A stretch of 64,000 bases of DNA from Thermodesulfobacteriota bacterium (GTDB lineage: Bacteria; Desulfobacterota_D; UBA1144; Nemesobacterales; UBA2774). Under the pieces are notes generated by a model. That model was not told the DNA's origin. It saw only the letters and a program-made list of their open reading frames with translations, and ran no database searches. The stretch covers positions 576,001 through 640,000 of the forward strand of contig OY729416.1 of assembly GCA_963422265.1 (NCBI GenBank), given 5' to 3'. The position numbers were made by a program, and so were the translations under genes. Shown here in pieces: positions 20,823 to 33,742 of the stretch (positions are counted from its first letter, which is position 1; every line of letters starts with the position of its first letter).

Positions 20823-22850
20823 CTATTTTGCGACTAGCACGATCTTATTACGAAGTGGATCAACTTTTTTTATAAGTAGTTTTACGCTATCTCCTTCTCT
20901 TAAATTCATTTCAGAACCTAAGGAAAACTGGGTCGCAAAGAGAAAGTCGGGTAGATAGGCGCTTGGTCTCGTATCTGAAGTAGAACTCACAATTCCTTCT
21001 ATCCGCTGTCCTTCTAAGGTTTGTAAGTATTTGTATAGCCAGTATTTTTGCCTACTCTTCTCGATCATCCTTTTGTTCCTTATGCTAATTTCAACGCTAG
21101 GATATAAATTTTCAAGTTCATCTTCAGTATAGCTAACTTCCTTTTCTTGAATTCTAGCTACAATTTGGCGCTGCATTACTAGGTCGGCATACCTTCTGAT
21201 AGGGGACGTTACCTGCGTATAGACGTCCGTCCCTAGAGACAAATGGGGTTCAGGGTTAAGTCCTACTTTGGTTGATCTAAGGTACTTTACAATCTGAAGG
21301 GCATAAAGTGGATCATTTTTATCGCACGACCTGGCATCTTCTGATATGGGCTCGGGCTGAGACCTGTAAACTGCTGGAATTTTATTATCTTTTAAATACC
21401 TTCCCGCCATTCTATTCATAAGAATCATCATCTCAGCAACTACAACATGGGCAATAGAATTCATAAAGTTTCTGTATATTTTTATTCTATTGTTTGACGC
21501 TCCCGAATCATACTCTTCCCCTAACTTAATTTTGAGTTGAGGAAGCTGAACTATAAAAGCTCCTGCTTCTATTCTTTTCTGTTTTAGATTATGTGTAATG
21601 CGTCTCAGTTTTTTGCCAAGTGAGTTGTTTTGGAAGTAATGAGACGCAGCTTCATAGTTTAGATTCTCTCTCACGTTCACTATTGCATTTGTGAATCTAT
21701 AGCTTTTTACTTTGTTATCTCCGTCAAACAAGATGAGTAGGGATAAGGATAACCTAGGAGAATCCTTTATAAGGCTTAGTCTTTCCTTTATTAAAATAGG
21801 AGGGAACATGTGTATATGTTTCTCAGGAATATATATAGTCTCGCCCCTTCTAGCCGCCTCGATGTCAAGCGCGCTCCATTTCTCGACATGGGCAGCTACG
21901 TTTGCGATATGAACACCTACCCGTGTGCCTTCGGCTAGCTCTTCAATTGATATAGCGTCATCTACGTCTTCGGTGCCCTCGTCATCAATTGAGAAAACGT
22001 CAAGGTGCGTGAGATCCTCTATACCTTCTTCGCATGATGATAGTTCTGAAATGAGTCGGCTCGCTTCTTCAATTACATCGTTGAGAAAATCCTCTGTGAC
22101 AGAGAATTTTTTAAGCATTGGATCCTCATCTTCTTCCCATGCCCCTGCCTTGATTAGAAATTCTACTGCGCCTTCAGCGTCTCTAATCCCAATTTCCGAC
22201 AGAAAAGATTTTGCTTCTCTAGCGCCGTTAAATTTATCAAGGTATATCGCATAGCCTTTTATCATCTCTATCCAGCCCGCAGGATCAAAGCCTTGAATCC
22301 TAACGTTGCTATTTTTTATTATTCCTTTTGCCCAGGAAAGCGCATTTTTCCTCTCTTCTTTTGTTCGATCTTCCGCTTCTCTTTGAGCGATAATGCCTTT
22401 TACCTCTTGAGCCGTTCTGGGCTCATAACCGTTTTCCATCCTCTTAAAATAGATTCTGTCCCTGTCTATAGCCCAGAACAGTGTCATCAAATCTTGATCG
22501 TCAACGTTATGTTCTCCAAAATATAACGATGAAACCTCTTCCAATTTAACCTCGTGCTGAACCTCTTCTAAACATTCCCAGATAGTTGTTAAATCTATGG
22601 TTTCTTTTTTTTCTTCCAAATATCTTCTTAAATTTCTTAGCCTTAGCTTCTTTTCTGACTGCGTGTTGCTATCTTCTAACGTCACACCAGTTGGTAAAAC
22701 AATTTTGTTTAGATCCACGTCTATTTCTTTTCCTTCTTCCGCAAATATCTTGGTGCTATTCCCGATCGATCTTAGGAATATACCAAAACAAGGCTCTTTA
22801 CGTTTTCTGAATAAAACCACTTCATTAGGACGTGGAATTCTAGTTGACAT
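20823..22850 (-). CDS. RNB-domain exoribonuclease (RNase II family)
   Basis: SIDDEGTEDVDDAIS, VAEMMILMN, YTQVTSPIRRYADL. Confidence 0.9.
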   Translation of the reverse strand: MSTRIPRPNEVVLFRKRKEPCFGIFLRSIGNSTKIFAEEGKEIDVDLNKIVLPTGVTLEDSNTQSEKKLRLRNLRRYLEEKKETIDLTTIWECLEEVQHEVKLEEVSSLYFGEHNVDDQDLMTLFWAIDRDRIYFKRMENGYEPRTAQEVKGIIAQREAEDRTKEERKNALSWAKGIIKNSNVRIQGFDPAGWIEMIKGYAIYLDKFNGAREAKSFLSEIGIRDAEGAVEFLIKAGAWEEDEDPMLKKFSVTEDFLNDVIEEASRLISELSSCEEGIEDLTHLDVFSIDDEGTEDVDDAISIEELAEGTRVGVHIANVAAHVEKWSALDIEAARRGETIYIPEKHIHMFPPILIKERLSLIKDSPRLSLSLLILFDGDNKVKSYRFTNAIVNVRENLNYEAASHYFQNNSLGKKLRRITHNLKQKRIEAGAFIVQLPQLKIKLGEEYDSGASNNRIKIYRNFMNSIAHVVVAEMMILMNRMAGRYLKDNKIPAVYRSQPEPISEDARSCDKNDPLYALQIVKYLRSTKVGLNPEPHLSLGTDVYTQVTSPIRRYADLVMQRQIVARIQEKEVSYTEDELENLYPSVEISIRNKRMIEKSRQKYWLYKYLQTLEGQRIEGIVSSTSDTRPSAYLPDFLFATQFSLGSEMNLREGDSVKLLIKKVDPLRNKIVLVAK

Positions 22851-22898
22851 TGCGCAGTTATTTTAAGATAAGCTACCCTTTTTTCAAAGTGTTTAAGT

Positions 22899-24542
<1,644 letters not shown>

Positions 24543-24663
24543 TCAAAGATGGAACTCTGAGCGGGTCTTTATAAAGATATTCAAGTGCTCTGAGTCTTGC
24601 AAGACCAAATAAGAGAAATTTTTAATGAAACTATCTTCTCGGATACAACGAAGGGCGTAGAGT

Positions 24664-25272
24664 TTAAAATTTTTTCCGCAGTTCGTCTATCAGTGAATAT
24701 ACCGCATGCGATCTATGGCTTATCTCGTTCTTTTGCCTATAGGACATCTCCGCCATTGTTTTGCCTATATGGGATAAATAAAAGACCGGATCGTAGCCAA
24801 ATCCCCCCTTTCCTCTTGGTTCATGTAGGATAACGCCGTCGCAAGCCCCGCTTACGACTATTTCCTCACCCGTGGGATATACAAGCGCAAGGTAGCAGAC
24901 AAATCTGGCGTTGCGATTAAGTTTGTCTTTTAACTCACCTAATAATTTTTCAATGTTGCTCTCATCAGTTGCATCTTCACCCGAATATCTTGACGAATAA
25001 ATACCAGGTCGTCCGTTAAGCACTTCTACTTGTAGCCCCGAATCATCTGCTAAAGACACTTCACCCGAATAAGCAGAAATGCCGCGGGCTTTTTTAAGCG
25101 CATTTTCTCTGAATGTATTACCATCCTCAATAACTTCTGGAGGATTGCCAAGATTTTTTAAGGAAATGAAGGTTTTGATTATCCTAGAATCCTGAAATAA
25201 ATCCTCAAACTCCCTTACTTTGCCTACGTTTGCCGTTGCGAGGACAACCCGTTCTATCATTTTGACAGACAT
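24664..25272 (-). CDS. rdgB: dITP/XTP pyrophosphatase (Ham1 family)
   Basis: LATANVGK, ADDSGL, PGIYSSR, GFGYDPVF, SHR. Confidence 0.95.
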   Translation of the reverse strand: MSVKMIERVVLATANVGKVREFEDLFQDSRIIKTFISLKNLGNPPEVIEDGNTFRENALKKARGISAYSGEVSLADDSGLQVEVLNGRPGIYSSRYSGEDATDESNIEKLLGELKDKLNRNARFVCYLALVYPTGEEIVVSGACDGVILHEPRGKGGFGYDPVFYLSHIGKTMAEMSYRQKNEISHRSHAVYSLIDELRKKF

Positions 25273-25301
25273 CCAATTTTTATAAGAGGACTAAAGATTT
25301 T

Positions 25302-25656
25302 TGGTGGAGGCGCCGGGAATTGAACCCGGGTCCGAGAAAAAGACTCACAAGGCTTCTACATGCTTAGTCTATTTTTAAGTCTTGCAGTGAAGTCACCAAC
25401 AGACAGGGTTTTCACTGCCAGCCCAAGGTGAAATCTCGTCTTCAGATGCCTTAGGCACCATCCTAAGACCAGCCCGCATAGTCGCCGGTTCATTTAAGCC
25501 CACGGGCGAGGATCAAGGAACCGTCGCCGCTCTATTTAGGCAGCGAGTGCATAATCATTTTCGGCACTTGTGTGTGCTCTACCAGTTTTACGAGTTAGCA
25601 GAAGCTCGGCATGCAGCGCAAGCTATCTCATTCCCCGTCGAAGCCAGATCGCCCCC
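25302..25656 (-). ncRNA. ssrA: tmRNA; tag peptide (A)AENDYALAA
   Basis: 5' GGGGGCG pairs with 3' CGCCTCC-ACCA with G3-U wobble; T-arm CCGGGTTCAATTCCCGG; internal ORF GCC GAA AAT GAT TAT GCA CTC GCT GCC TAA; next to smpB. Confidence 0.96.
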
Positions 25657-25706
25657 CCCACTACTAGAATAATACTATACACCAAAGCGCAAAATATTAA
25701 ACAGGT

Positions 25707-26156
25707 TTAATAACGCCTCTTCATAGCTTTTTCCATCTCCCTGTCCGCTTCGCGTTTTTTAATATCCTCGCGCCTGTCGTGAACCTTCTTGCCTTTTGCC
25801 AGCGCAAGCTCAATTTTAGCCTTGCCATTTTTGAAATAAACCTTCAAAGGGATTAAGGTATATCCCCTAATCTGAGTTTTTCCGATAAGGCGCTTAATCT
25901 CGTTCTTGTTAAGAAGAAGCTTTCTATCGCGTCTGCTCTCGTGGTTAAAGACGCTTGCCTGCTCGTATGGCGCAATATAGCTGTTTAGGAGAAATACTTC
26001 GTTGTTTCTTAGCATAGCGAAACTCTCCTTTATGCTTGCCTGGCTTATGCGAAGGGACTTAACCTCAGAGCCTTTAAGCTGAACGCCTGCCTCGTATTTC
26101 TCTTCTATATCATAATCCCTTCTTGCCCTTGGGTGAGTGCATATAACCTTCTCCAT
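25707..26156 (-). CDS. smpB: SsrA-binding protein
   Basis: YEAGVQLKGSEVKSLR, RDRKLLL, LAKGKKVHDRRE; probable ATG at 26156. Confidence 0.97.
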   Translation of the reverse strand: MEKVICTHPRARRDYDIEEKYEAGVQLKGSEVKSLRISQASIKESFAMLRNNEVFLLNSYIAPYEQASVFNHESRRDRKLLLNKNEIKRLIGKTQIRGYTLIPLKVYFKNGKAKIELALAKGKKVHDRREDIKKREADREMEKAMKRRY

Positions 26157-26209
26157 TATCCTAGTATAGTTATTAAAGGAATGGAAATCAAAATGCACAG
26201 CAAGCTCAA

Positions 26210-26671
26210 CTAAAAATCCCTCTTACTATCCAGCATTAAAGTAACGGGACCCCAATTTACGAGGTGAACATACATAGCCGCTCGGAACCTTCCGCTAGCT
26301 ACCTTAGCGCCCCGTGCTCTTAAGCTATTAATAAATAACTCATATAGGATTTCTGCACGCTCAGGTGGGGCGGCTTTATCAAAAGATGGCCTCCTACCCT
26401 TTCTACAATCGCCGTAAAGCGTAAACTGAGACACGACTAGAATTTCACCATCAATATCAGATATAGAGAGGTTTACTTTTTCAGCGTCGTCCTCGAAAAT
26501 TCTAATACCGAATGTCTTTTCAACTAGATATGCCACGTCTCGCTCGGTATCCTTTTTGCCTACCCCGAGCAATACAAGCATCCCCTTTCCTATCTGCCCA
26601 ATCACTTCGCCGCCAACCTTAACGCTAGCTTCATTAACCCGTTGTATAATTATTCGCATGTCCTTTTCCAA
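26210..26671 (-). CDS. dtd: D-aminoacyl-tRNA deacylase
   Basis: [29 protein letters not shown]. Confidence 0.95.
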   Translation of the reverse strand: MEKDMRIIIQRVNEASVKVGGEVIGQIGKGMLVLLGVGKKDTERDVAYLVEKTFGIRIFEDDAEKVNLSISDIDGEILVVSQFTLYGDCRKGRRPSFDKAAPPERAEILYELFINSLRARGAKVASGRFRAAMYVHLVNWGPVTLMLDSKRDF

Positions 26672-26834
26672 ATGGCGCGATGCTTAACAGTAAAATACAT
26701 TATAGTACATCGTTAGATGTCAAATTTTAGTTGAGATACTAGGAGAATCTAGTATTTGCTCTTTTAAGGAGTTATAGAATATTGATAGACGCAGAGCAGT
26801 TAGATCATTGTTTTAAATAGATAAAATGGAGAGT

Positions 26835-26862
26835 TAGGAGAGCTGCTCATACAGCTCTCCTA
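26835..26862. terminator. Stem-loop downstream of the 26891-27301 gene
   Basis: TAGGAGAGCTG-ctcata-CAGCTCTCCTA perfect 11-bp stem; weak U tract. Confidence 0.5.
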
Positions 26863-26890
26863 GACGAACTAGACATATGATCTTAATAGT

Positions 26891-27301
26891 TTAGCTTTTA
26901 GCCAAGTCCAAAGCCCCATCAAATAGGGAAAATGCTTTCTCAACGTTCTTCTTCGCTACAACGTGCGCGTCGGCTACAACATTATCCGAAACGCCGTTTA
27001 CCGAATCAAGAACGCTTTTCTGAAAATTTACAACACGTTCTATACCCTGCTCAAAGGGCTCCGTAGCAACCTTTCCAAAGGGCAGTTCTACGTTATCATA
27101 GAACCCTTTAACATACTTAGAGTAGTCTTTCTCCACTCCATACAGGTATTCAACTTGTTCATTCAGCACTTTCTTGTTTTCTTCTGTAACTGACAAAGAG
27201 AAATCCAAAGCACTGAGATATGTATCCTTTAGGAGCTTTGAAAATTCCTTAACCGGCTCTGTAAAATCCTTAACATCTAAACTTTGCTTCTTGGTAGCCA
27301 T
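26891..27301 (-). CDS. Hypothetical amphipathic helical protein, possibly phasin-like
   Basis: Strong GGAGG RBS, MATKK start, amphipathic helices; function is inference. Confidence 0.55.
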   Translation of the reverse strand: MATKKQSLDVKDFTEPVKEFSKLLKDTYLSALDFSLSVTEENKKVLNEQVEYLYGVEKDYSKYVKGFYDNVELPFGKVATEPFEQGIERVVNFQKSVLDSVNGVSDNVVADAHVVAKKNVEKAFSLFDGALDLAKS

Positions 27302-27600
27302 GTTAATGACCTCCTTTATATTATATTTAGTTATAAAATAATCTGCACTGAATGTTTGTCAAGAGGTAAATTTCGCATTTGCGAAGATTGTTATGCAATA
27401 ATAAGCCTTATATTCAATACCTTTATCCATTTTCATTGGATGAATAATACGCATATGCACATTAAACAAAGGGAGCTTATATTCAGTGTTGGAGTGACAA
27501 GAAGTGAATAGAAGAAAGCCTAGATAAACAAAGGGAGCACCTAAGGCACTCCCCTTAATTTAAAACACTATTGTTATTGTTAGACCGTTCGGAAAGTGAA

Positions 27601-27807
27601 CTAGCCTTCAAGTATAAAAGTAATCTTAATGTGAGTTCTATACTCCGCTATGCTGCCATCCTCGGCAATAGATGCGTTCATCTTCGTCACTTCCAGCCCG
27701 GTAAGCCCGCGAAGAGTTTGTTTCGCTCTCGTAAGAGCGTTTTGCACTGCATCATCCCATGATTTATCTGATGAACCAATGACCTCAGTAATTCTGGCTA
27801 CAGCCAT
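27601..27807 (-). CDS. Dodecin family flavin-binding protein
   Basis: EVIGSSDKSWDDAVQNA..RA..TLRG, EYR...KITF. Confidence 0.9.
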   Translation of the reverse strand: MAVARITEVIGSSDKSWDDAVQNALTRAKQTLRGLTGLEVTKMNASIAEDGSIAEYRTHIKITFILEG

Positions 27808-28003
27808 AACTAATACCTCCTTATGTTTTATACATCATGTTTTATACATCACATCCATTATCACTATAATAAAAATGTCAGTAAGAAGTCAAGAGAATTT
27901 TAGCGTATCTTATGTCAATTTCTTACACAAACATAGAGAAACGTGATATAATTAATTGATGCGTTTTATTCAATAACACACGTAATAATTTTCAGGAGGA
28001 TAC

Positions 28004-29149
28004 TTGATGCCAATAGATTTTGAGTTTACGGACGAGCAACAAATGTTCAGAGATACTATACGCGATTTCGGTGAAAATGAGATAGCCCCACTAATTGAGG
28101 ACGCCGAGAAGAATGAGCAATTTCCAATTGAGTTATTCCCAAAGCTGGGAGAAATGGGCTTTTTAGGTATATCGTTTCCAGAAAAATATGGTGGGGTAGA
28201 GCTTGATAAGGTAACAGAATGTATCTTTGCCGAGGAAATGGGACGCATAAACGCGGGGATCGCCATGTGCGTCAACGCTCATACTAGCCTTTCAATGGTG
28301 CCAATAGAAAAGTTTGGGAATGAAGAACAGAAGCAAAGGTATTTAGCACCCGGCATAGAGGGGAAAATTATTGGGGCGCTTGGTCTTACCGAGCCAGACG
28401 CTGGATCAGACGCAAGAAGCATTAGGACGACTGCTGTAAAGAAAGATAGACACTACGTAATTAACGGGACAAAAACGTGGATAACAAATGGAACGATGTG
28501 TGATTACGTCATCATCGCCGCCTATACGGATAAATCTAAGAAAGGAACTGGGATTAGCCTGTTTATAATCGACGCGGACGCCCCAGGCTTTACGGAGAAG
28601 AACAAAATTCACAAATTAGGGCATCGCTCGGCAGACACGGCTGAGCTCGTATTTGAGAACTGTGAGGTACCAGAGGAAAGCCTGCTTGTCGGGGAAGGTG
28701 GGTTCAATGGCGCTATGGCGACCTTACTCGGAGCACGCATCACGCATGCGGCAAAGTCCGTAGGGCTTGCACAGGCGGCATTTGAATTCGCCCTAAACTA
28801 TTCGAAAGAGCGTGAGGCTTTTGGTCGCCAGATTTCAAAGTTTCAGGCAATAAGCTTCAAACTGGCGCAGATGGCTGTAAAGATTGAGACTGCGAGGTTG
28901 ATTGTATATAAAGCGGCATGGCTTTACAGCAATGATAAAAAAGCACTGAAGGAAGCTTCAATGGCTAAACTCTACGCTGCGGAAGTAGTGCAGGATGTTT
29001 GCGCCGAAGCTGTGCAAGTGTTGGGTGGTTATGGCTACGGGGTGGAATTCCCAGTAGAGAGGTATTACAGAGACGCTAAACTTGCCTCTATAACCGAAGG
29101 CACTTCAGAAATTCAGCAGGTAGTTATAGCACGTGAGCTCGGAATATAG
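28004..29149 (+). CDS. Acyl-CoA dehydrogenase
   Basis: LTEPDAGSD, NGTKTWITN, R.AFGRQI..FQ, QVLGGYG, ITEGTSEIQ. Confidence 0.95.
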   Translation: MMPIDFEFTDEQQMFRDTIRDFGENEIAPLIEDAEKNEQFPIELFPKLGEMGFLGISFPEKYGGVELDKVTECIFAEEMGRINAGIAMCVNAHTSLSMVPIEKFGNEEQKQRYLAPGIEGKIIGALGLTEPDAGSDARSIRTTAVKKDRHYVINGTKTWITNGTMCDYVIIAAYTDKSKKGTGISLFIIDADAPGFTEKNKIHKLGHRSADTAELVFENCEVPEESLLVGEGGFNGAMATLLGARITHAAKSVGLAQAAFEFALNYSKEREAFGRQISKFQAISFKLAQMAVKIETARLIVYKAAWLYSNDKKALKEASMAKLYAAEVVQDVCAEAVQVLGGYGYGVEFPVERYYRDAKLASITEGTSEIQQVVIARELGI

Positions 29150-29272
29150 CTTAGATAAAGGGAGGGAGATTGCTTGTTTTTTTTCCTGACCCTAGTAGAT
29201 ACTAAACAGGTCTATAGATGTAACCCAAATGTAGTTAATGGTAATTATTTAGATTTGGGTTCCTAAGCAGAT

Positions 29273-29314
29273 AAAAAAAGGGTTGCGTCGTTCAAAGAGA
29301 CGCAACCCTTTTTT
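29273..29314. terminator. Bidirectional rho-independent terminator
   Basis: A-tract, GGGTTGCGTC stem, loop, GACGCAACCC, T-tract, between convergent genes. Confidence 0.85.
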
Positions 29315-29336
29315 CTTAGCATCAACAACTCAAAAC

Positions 29337-29534
29337 CTATGACCAAGGGGCGGTCATGTCGGTCGACTCTGGATCTCTAAACTTGAGCCACTTAGACGAA
29401 TCGTAATGCGCTGATACGTAGCAAAGTATAGCGGTTGTAGCTATAAGCTGCTCAGGCGTGGATTTCGTCAGCTCCGCCCTCTTTTTAATTATCTCAAATA
29501 TCGGATCGGGAATTTGAACAGTTACTTCAGCCAT
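29337..29534 (-). CDS. Small hypothetical protein, ribbon-helix-helix-like N-terminus
   Basis: AGGAGG RBS; VTVQIPD..FE.IKKRA pattern. Confidence 0.65.
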   Translation of the reverse strand: MAEVTVQIPDPIFEIIKKRAELTKSTPEQLIATTAILCYVSAHYDSSKWLKFRDPESTDMTAPWS

Positions 29535-29562
29535 TTTTATAGCCTCCTATTGTTAAAATAAT

Positions 29563-30591
29563 TTAATCGGCGTCGCCTATACCCTTTTGTTTTCTATAAT
29601 TATCAAGAACTTCCCTCTTAACCGTAGGCACCAGCGTATAGTCGCTCTCAGGAGCCCCCTCCGCAGAAGCTGCAACCTCTTCTGGCGAAAGCAGTTCAGG
29701 CTTCGTATCAACGGCGTTTACAGGATCATTAAGCTGCGACTCGCCTAGCTTCCAGTCAGTAAGGGAGTCGTCGCCGAGACCGAATCTCTTTGTGAGCTTG
29801 TTGACTTCTTCAAACCTTCCAGGAGTCGGACCTGGCTCTTGGATTAGATTTAGCTCTTTAAGCAGCTCCACCGTCGCCGCGTCCCTCTCAAAGGGTTGTC
29901 CAACTTTACCCTTGAAGAACATCGTTTCAAATGGAGGCCTTCCTCTCGTCCCTCCACCGTCTAAATTCTCTGATGGATAACCAACCGTCATAAGCCAGCA
30001 GAATACGTAAGATGGCTTAAGATTAAACTTATCTTTAACGTTTCTTCTCGCTCCGCCGCTCGCGCCGTTTAAGCAGGTTCCGAGACCAAGCGAGGTAGCT
30101 GTAAGAATAGAGTTTTGAATGGCGTTACCCAAGTCAATGCAGGCAAGCCTGTGTAGTATGAAATCGGGAAGTATAGCAGGTAGAGGGAAAAGCCTGTTCA
30201 CGCGCTCATACTCCCAACCATGAGCTTTATCCAAAGCGCCCGTTCTCATAAGGTCGTGCAACTGCTGACCTTGAACGTCATAAGCTGATAGATCGTAACA
30301 CCAGAAGATAAGTATAGGAGCCATCTGCGTAGTGATCTGACTCCAGTCAGAAATGAATTCCCAAATCTCTGGGTCTTCATCTCTGTAAACAACTATACCC
30401 CTCTGCCCGTTAAAGTTGCCGGCGGAAGGAGCAACCCTCGCAGCCTCAAGCATAGCCTGAACCTTCCATTTCTCAACAGGCTTGTTTGGCTCGTACCATC
30501 TGATAGATCTTCTCAAACCAATCGAGTCAAATGTATCGCGCACATTCACTTCGCTAGCTTGAGGAAGACCATCTATAACTAATTCACTCAT
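29563..30591 (-). CDS. Nitroreductase family protein with extended termini
   Basis: RRSIRWY, LEAARVAPSAGN, LTATSLGLGTC, TVGYP. Confidence 0.85.
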   Translation of the reverse strand: MSELVIDGLPQASEVNVRDTFDSIGLRRSIRWYEPNKPVEKWKVQAMLEAARVAPSAGNFNGQRGIVVYRDEDPEIWEFISDWSQITTQMAPILIFWCYDLSAYDVQGQQLHDLMRTGALDKAHGWEYERVNRLFPLPAILPDFILHRLACIDLGNAIQNSILTATSLGLGTCLNGASGGARRNVKDKFNLKPSYVFCWLMTVGYPSENLDGGGTRGRPPFETMFFKGKVGQPFERDAATVELLKELNLIQEPGPTPGRFEEVNKLTKRFGLGDDSLTDWKLGESQLNDPVNAVDTKPELLSPEEVAASAEGAPESDYTLVPTVKREVLDNYRKQKGIGDAD

Positions 30592-30827
30592 TTTGTCCTC
30601 CTATAATAAAAATTTTTTCTTGCTAGATATTTGACCATATTATTATCTTAGCAAATAGAAGTCAAGTATTTCATATATTTTAAGGATGATTAGAAGAAGT
30701 TTATCGCCCCAGACCACGTTGGGAACGCCACCCATGTATCTTGAAAGGTTGACCTTGAAATCTAACATTTTGATTACTATTTTAACTTTGTAACAGATTA
30801 GCGGAATGATGATCTATGTAGGGAGAT

Positions 30828-33446
30828 ATGAAAATGAAATTTGATAAATTAACAATAAAAGCGCAAGAGTCTCTAGCAGAGGCGCAGTCATTGGCGCAAG
30901 ATGGGCAGAATCAGATAATAGACGTTCCTCATCTGCTCATAGCGCTCCTTGAAGAAAAAGGTATTCCAACGCAGATTATCGGAAAAATCGGGGCTAACTT
31001 AGAAACCATAAGAGAAGCAGCACGGAATCAAATAGATAAACTGCCAAAGGTACAGGCTGAGCGAGAGAATGCCTACATCAGTCAGGAGCTAAGCAAGGCG
31101 CTTAAAACCGCGGAGAAGGAGGCAGTGGCTTTCGGCGACGAATATATAAGCACAGAACACCTTCTACTGGGCATAGTCCAAGACTCGACGGGCGAACTCA
31201 AGAACGAGTTAAAAGAGCATAAAGTCACAAAGGATAGCGTATTAAAGGCCTTAAAAGACATTCGGGGCAATCAAAAAGTCAAAAGCCAGTCTCCTGAAGA
31301 GACCATGCGATCTTTAGAGCAATACGGTAAGGATTTCACCGAGCTTGCGCGACAAGGCAAAATAGACCCTGTTATTGGGCGCGACAACGAGGTGAGACGC
31401 TTAATTCAGGTTCTTTCTCGGCGCACTAAGAATAACCCTGTGTTAATAGGTGAGCCGGGGGTGGGGAAAACCGCAATAGTCGAGGGACTTGCGCAGAGAA
31501 TAGTTAACGGAGACGTTCCCGAAGGGTTAAAGAACAAACGGTTAATCGCCCTTGACCTTAGCGCTCTTGTCGCGGGAGCCAAATACAGGGGACAATTTGA
31601 GGAACGTCTTAAAGCCGTGCTCAAGGAAGTTACTGATTCAGAGGGAGAGGTAATTCTATTTATAGACGAGATGCACACCGTAGTAGGCGCTGGAGCTACT
31701 GAAGGCGCAATGGACGCTTCTAATATGTTAAAGCCTGCCCTCGCCCGCGGAGAGCTTCACTGCATCGGCGCTACGACTCTTGATGAATACAGAAAGTACA
31801 TAGAGAAAGACGCAGCGCTAGAAAGGCGCTTTCAGCAGGTTTTCGTAGAGGAGCCCTCTGTTGAGGAGACAATCTCAATACTACGCGGACTGAAAGAAAA
31901 ATACGAAGTATATCACGGGGTCAAGATAAGGGACGAAGCCCTAATCGCCGCAGGTGCTCTTTCAAACAGATACGTAACTAACCGCTTTCTACCAGACAAA
32001 GCCGTTGACCTTATTGACGAAGCCGCCGCTAGGCTTAAGATGGAGATCGATTCGCTTCCAACGGAGATTGACGAGATAGAAAGGCGTCTTGTGCAGCTTG
32101 AAATTGAACGTGAGGCGCTGAAGAAAGAGAAAAATGAAAGCTCCAAAGAAAAGCTTAGTAAGATGGAGAAGAACATAGCTAACCTTAAGGAAGAATCCAA
32201 TACTCTGAAGACGCACTGGAAAAGAGAGAAAGAATGCATTGATGAAATAAGAAGCAGCAAAGGCGAGATAGATAGGCTTCGCTCTGATGCCGAGAAGGCT
32301 CGAAGAGAGGGGGATTTGTCAAAAGCTTCGGAGCTTCTTTACGGCAAGATCCCTGAACTCAATGAAATAATAGAAAAGCTGAGCAAAGAGCTAAACAACA
32401 TACAAAGAGAGAAGCAGATGCTCAAGGAAGAGGTTGATGCCGAAGACATTGCCTCTATCGTTTCCAAATGGACGGGGATTCCCGTCTCGCGTTTACTTGA
32501 GGGTGAGATAGAGAAACTTATAAGTATGGAAGACAAGCTACACGTTCGAGTGGTAGGACAGGACGACGCGATTGAGGCGATATCAAATGCGCTTAGACGC
32601 TCACGCGCTGGGCTGTCGGACCCTAACCGCCCCATAGGTTCTTTCTTGTTTCTAGGACCTACTGGGGTTGGCAAGACCGAGCTTGCGAGAGCACTTGCGG
32701 AGTTTATGTTTGACGACGAGCGCGCTATGGTGCGTATTGACATGAGCGAATACATGGAAAAGCACGCCGTCTCAAGGCTTATAGGAGCACCCCCAGGATA
32801 CGTTGGATATGAAGAGGGAGGACAGTTATCTGAAGTAGTTAGAAGAAGACCCTATTCCGCCGTCCTATTTGATGAGATCGAAAAAGCTCATACGGACGCC
32901 TTTAACGTGCTTCTTCAAATTCTTGACGATGGACGACTTACCGATGGACAAGGACGAACGGTTGACTTTAAGAATACAATAATAATTATGACCTCTAACC
33001 TCGGAAGCGATTATATCCAAGAGCTTGTGAGCGACCCCGCAGCCATGACGGAGAAGGTTATGGAAACCGTAAGGGGATCATTCAAGCCCGAATTCCTAAA
33101 CAGAATTGACGAGACGATTATCTTTAGGCCCCTCGGAATTGACCAAATAAAAGAGATTGTAGATATACAGGTTGAACACTTGAGACAGAGACTCAAGGAG
33201 CATAATATGACGCTTGACCTGACCGACGACGCCAAAAACGTAATAGCGGAAAAGGGTTACGACCCAGTTTACGGCGCAAGGCCCCTAAAAAGAACAATCC
33301 AGAGGCTGATACAGAACCCCCTTGCGACTGAAGTGCTAAAAGGGAATTTTTTAAGGGGAGATCACGTCGTGATTGACGTCAACGATAATAAAGACCTAGT
33401 CTTGAGCAAAGAAGAAAATGTTGATAAAAAAGCTGTAAATGAATAA
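30828..33446 (+). CDS. clpB: ATP-dependent chaperone ClpB
   Basis: GEPGVGKT and GPTGVGKT Walker A motifs, coiled-coil middle domain, [17 protein letters not shown]. Confidence 0.97.
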   Translation: MKMKFDKLTIKAQESLAEAQSLAQDGQNQIIDVPHLLIALLEEKGIPTQIIGKIGANLETIREAARNQIDKLPKVQAERENAYISQELSKALKTAEKEAVAFGDEYISTEHLLLGIVQDSTGELKNELKEHKVTKDSVLKALKDIRGNQKVKSQSPEETMRSLEQYGKDFTELARQGKIDPVIGRDNEVRRLIQVLSRRTKNNPVLIGEPGVGKTAIVEGLAQRIVNGDVPEGLKNKRLIALDLSALVAGAKYRGQFEERLKAVLKEVTDSEGEVILFIDEMHTVVGAGATEGAMDASNMLKPALARGELHCIGATTLDEYRKYIEKDAALERRFQQVFVEEPSVEETISILRGLKEKYEVYHGVKIRDEALIAAGALSNRYVTNRFLPDKAVDLIDEAAARLKMEIDSLPTEIDEIERRLVQLEIEREALKKEKNESSKEKLSKMEKNIANLKEESNTLKTHWKREKECIDEIRSSKGEIDRLRSDAEKARREGDLSKASELLYGKIPELNEIIEKLSKELNNIQREKQMLKEEVDAEDIASIVSKWTGIPVSRLLEGEIEKLISMEDKLHVRVVGQDDAIEAISNALRRSRAGLSDPNRPIGSFLFLGPTGVGKTELARALAEFMFDDERAMVRIDMSEYMEKHAVSRLIGAPPGYVGYEEGGQLSEVVRRRPYSAVLFDEIEKAHTDAFNVLLQILDDGRLTDGQGRTVDFKNTIIIMTSNLGSDYIQELVSDPAAMTEKVMETVRGSFKPEFLNRIDETIIFRPLGIDQIKEIVDIQVEHLRQRLKEHNMTLDLTDDAKNVIAEKGYDPVYGARPLKRTIQRLIQNPLATEVLKGNFLRGDHVVIDVNDNKDLVLSKEENVDKKAVNE

Positions 33447-33515
33447 CGGCAATTCAATCAATCATTATATCATTCAGCAGGTTCAAAACACCGCCTGCGC
33501 CGAGGCGGGGATGCG

Positions 33516-33544
33516 TTGACACGCTCTTGTGATTAAGTTATTTT
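33516..33544 (+). promoter_or_regulatory. Sigma70-like promoter of tRNA-Ser
   Basis: TTGACA-17 nt-TATTTT about 25 nt upstream of the tRNA. Confidence 0.55.
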
Positions 33545-33568
33545 CTTGGTCTTACTTTAGAAGAGCTA

Positions 33569-33658
33569 GGAGAGGTGGCCGAGTGGTCGAAGGCGCTCGC
33601 CTGCTAAGCGAGTAAGGGGCTAAACACCCCTTCGAGGGTTCGAATCCCTCCCTCTCCG
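33569..33658 (+). tRNA. tRNA-Ser(GCT)
   Basis: GGAGAGG/CCTCTCC acceptor, anticodon arm CTCGC-CT-GCT-AA-GCGAG, long variable arm, GGTTCGAATCC; CCA not encoded. Confidence 0.97.
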
Positions 33659-33742
33659 CGCCGTATTTTTGGAAATCATTAGACTGTTTGATTTTCTTCG
33701 TGTAACATACGAAATTATTTGCTTTACCCAAGGTGGTGAATA

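Noticed and set aside
25272-25302. Island integrated at tmRNA
   Set aside because: rdgB follows the ssrA 3' end directly; no integrase or duplicated end.
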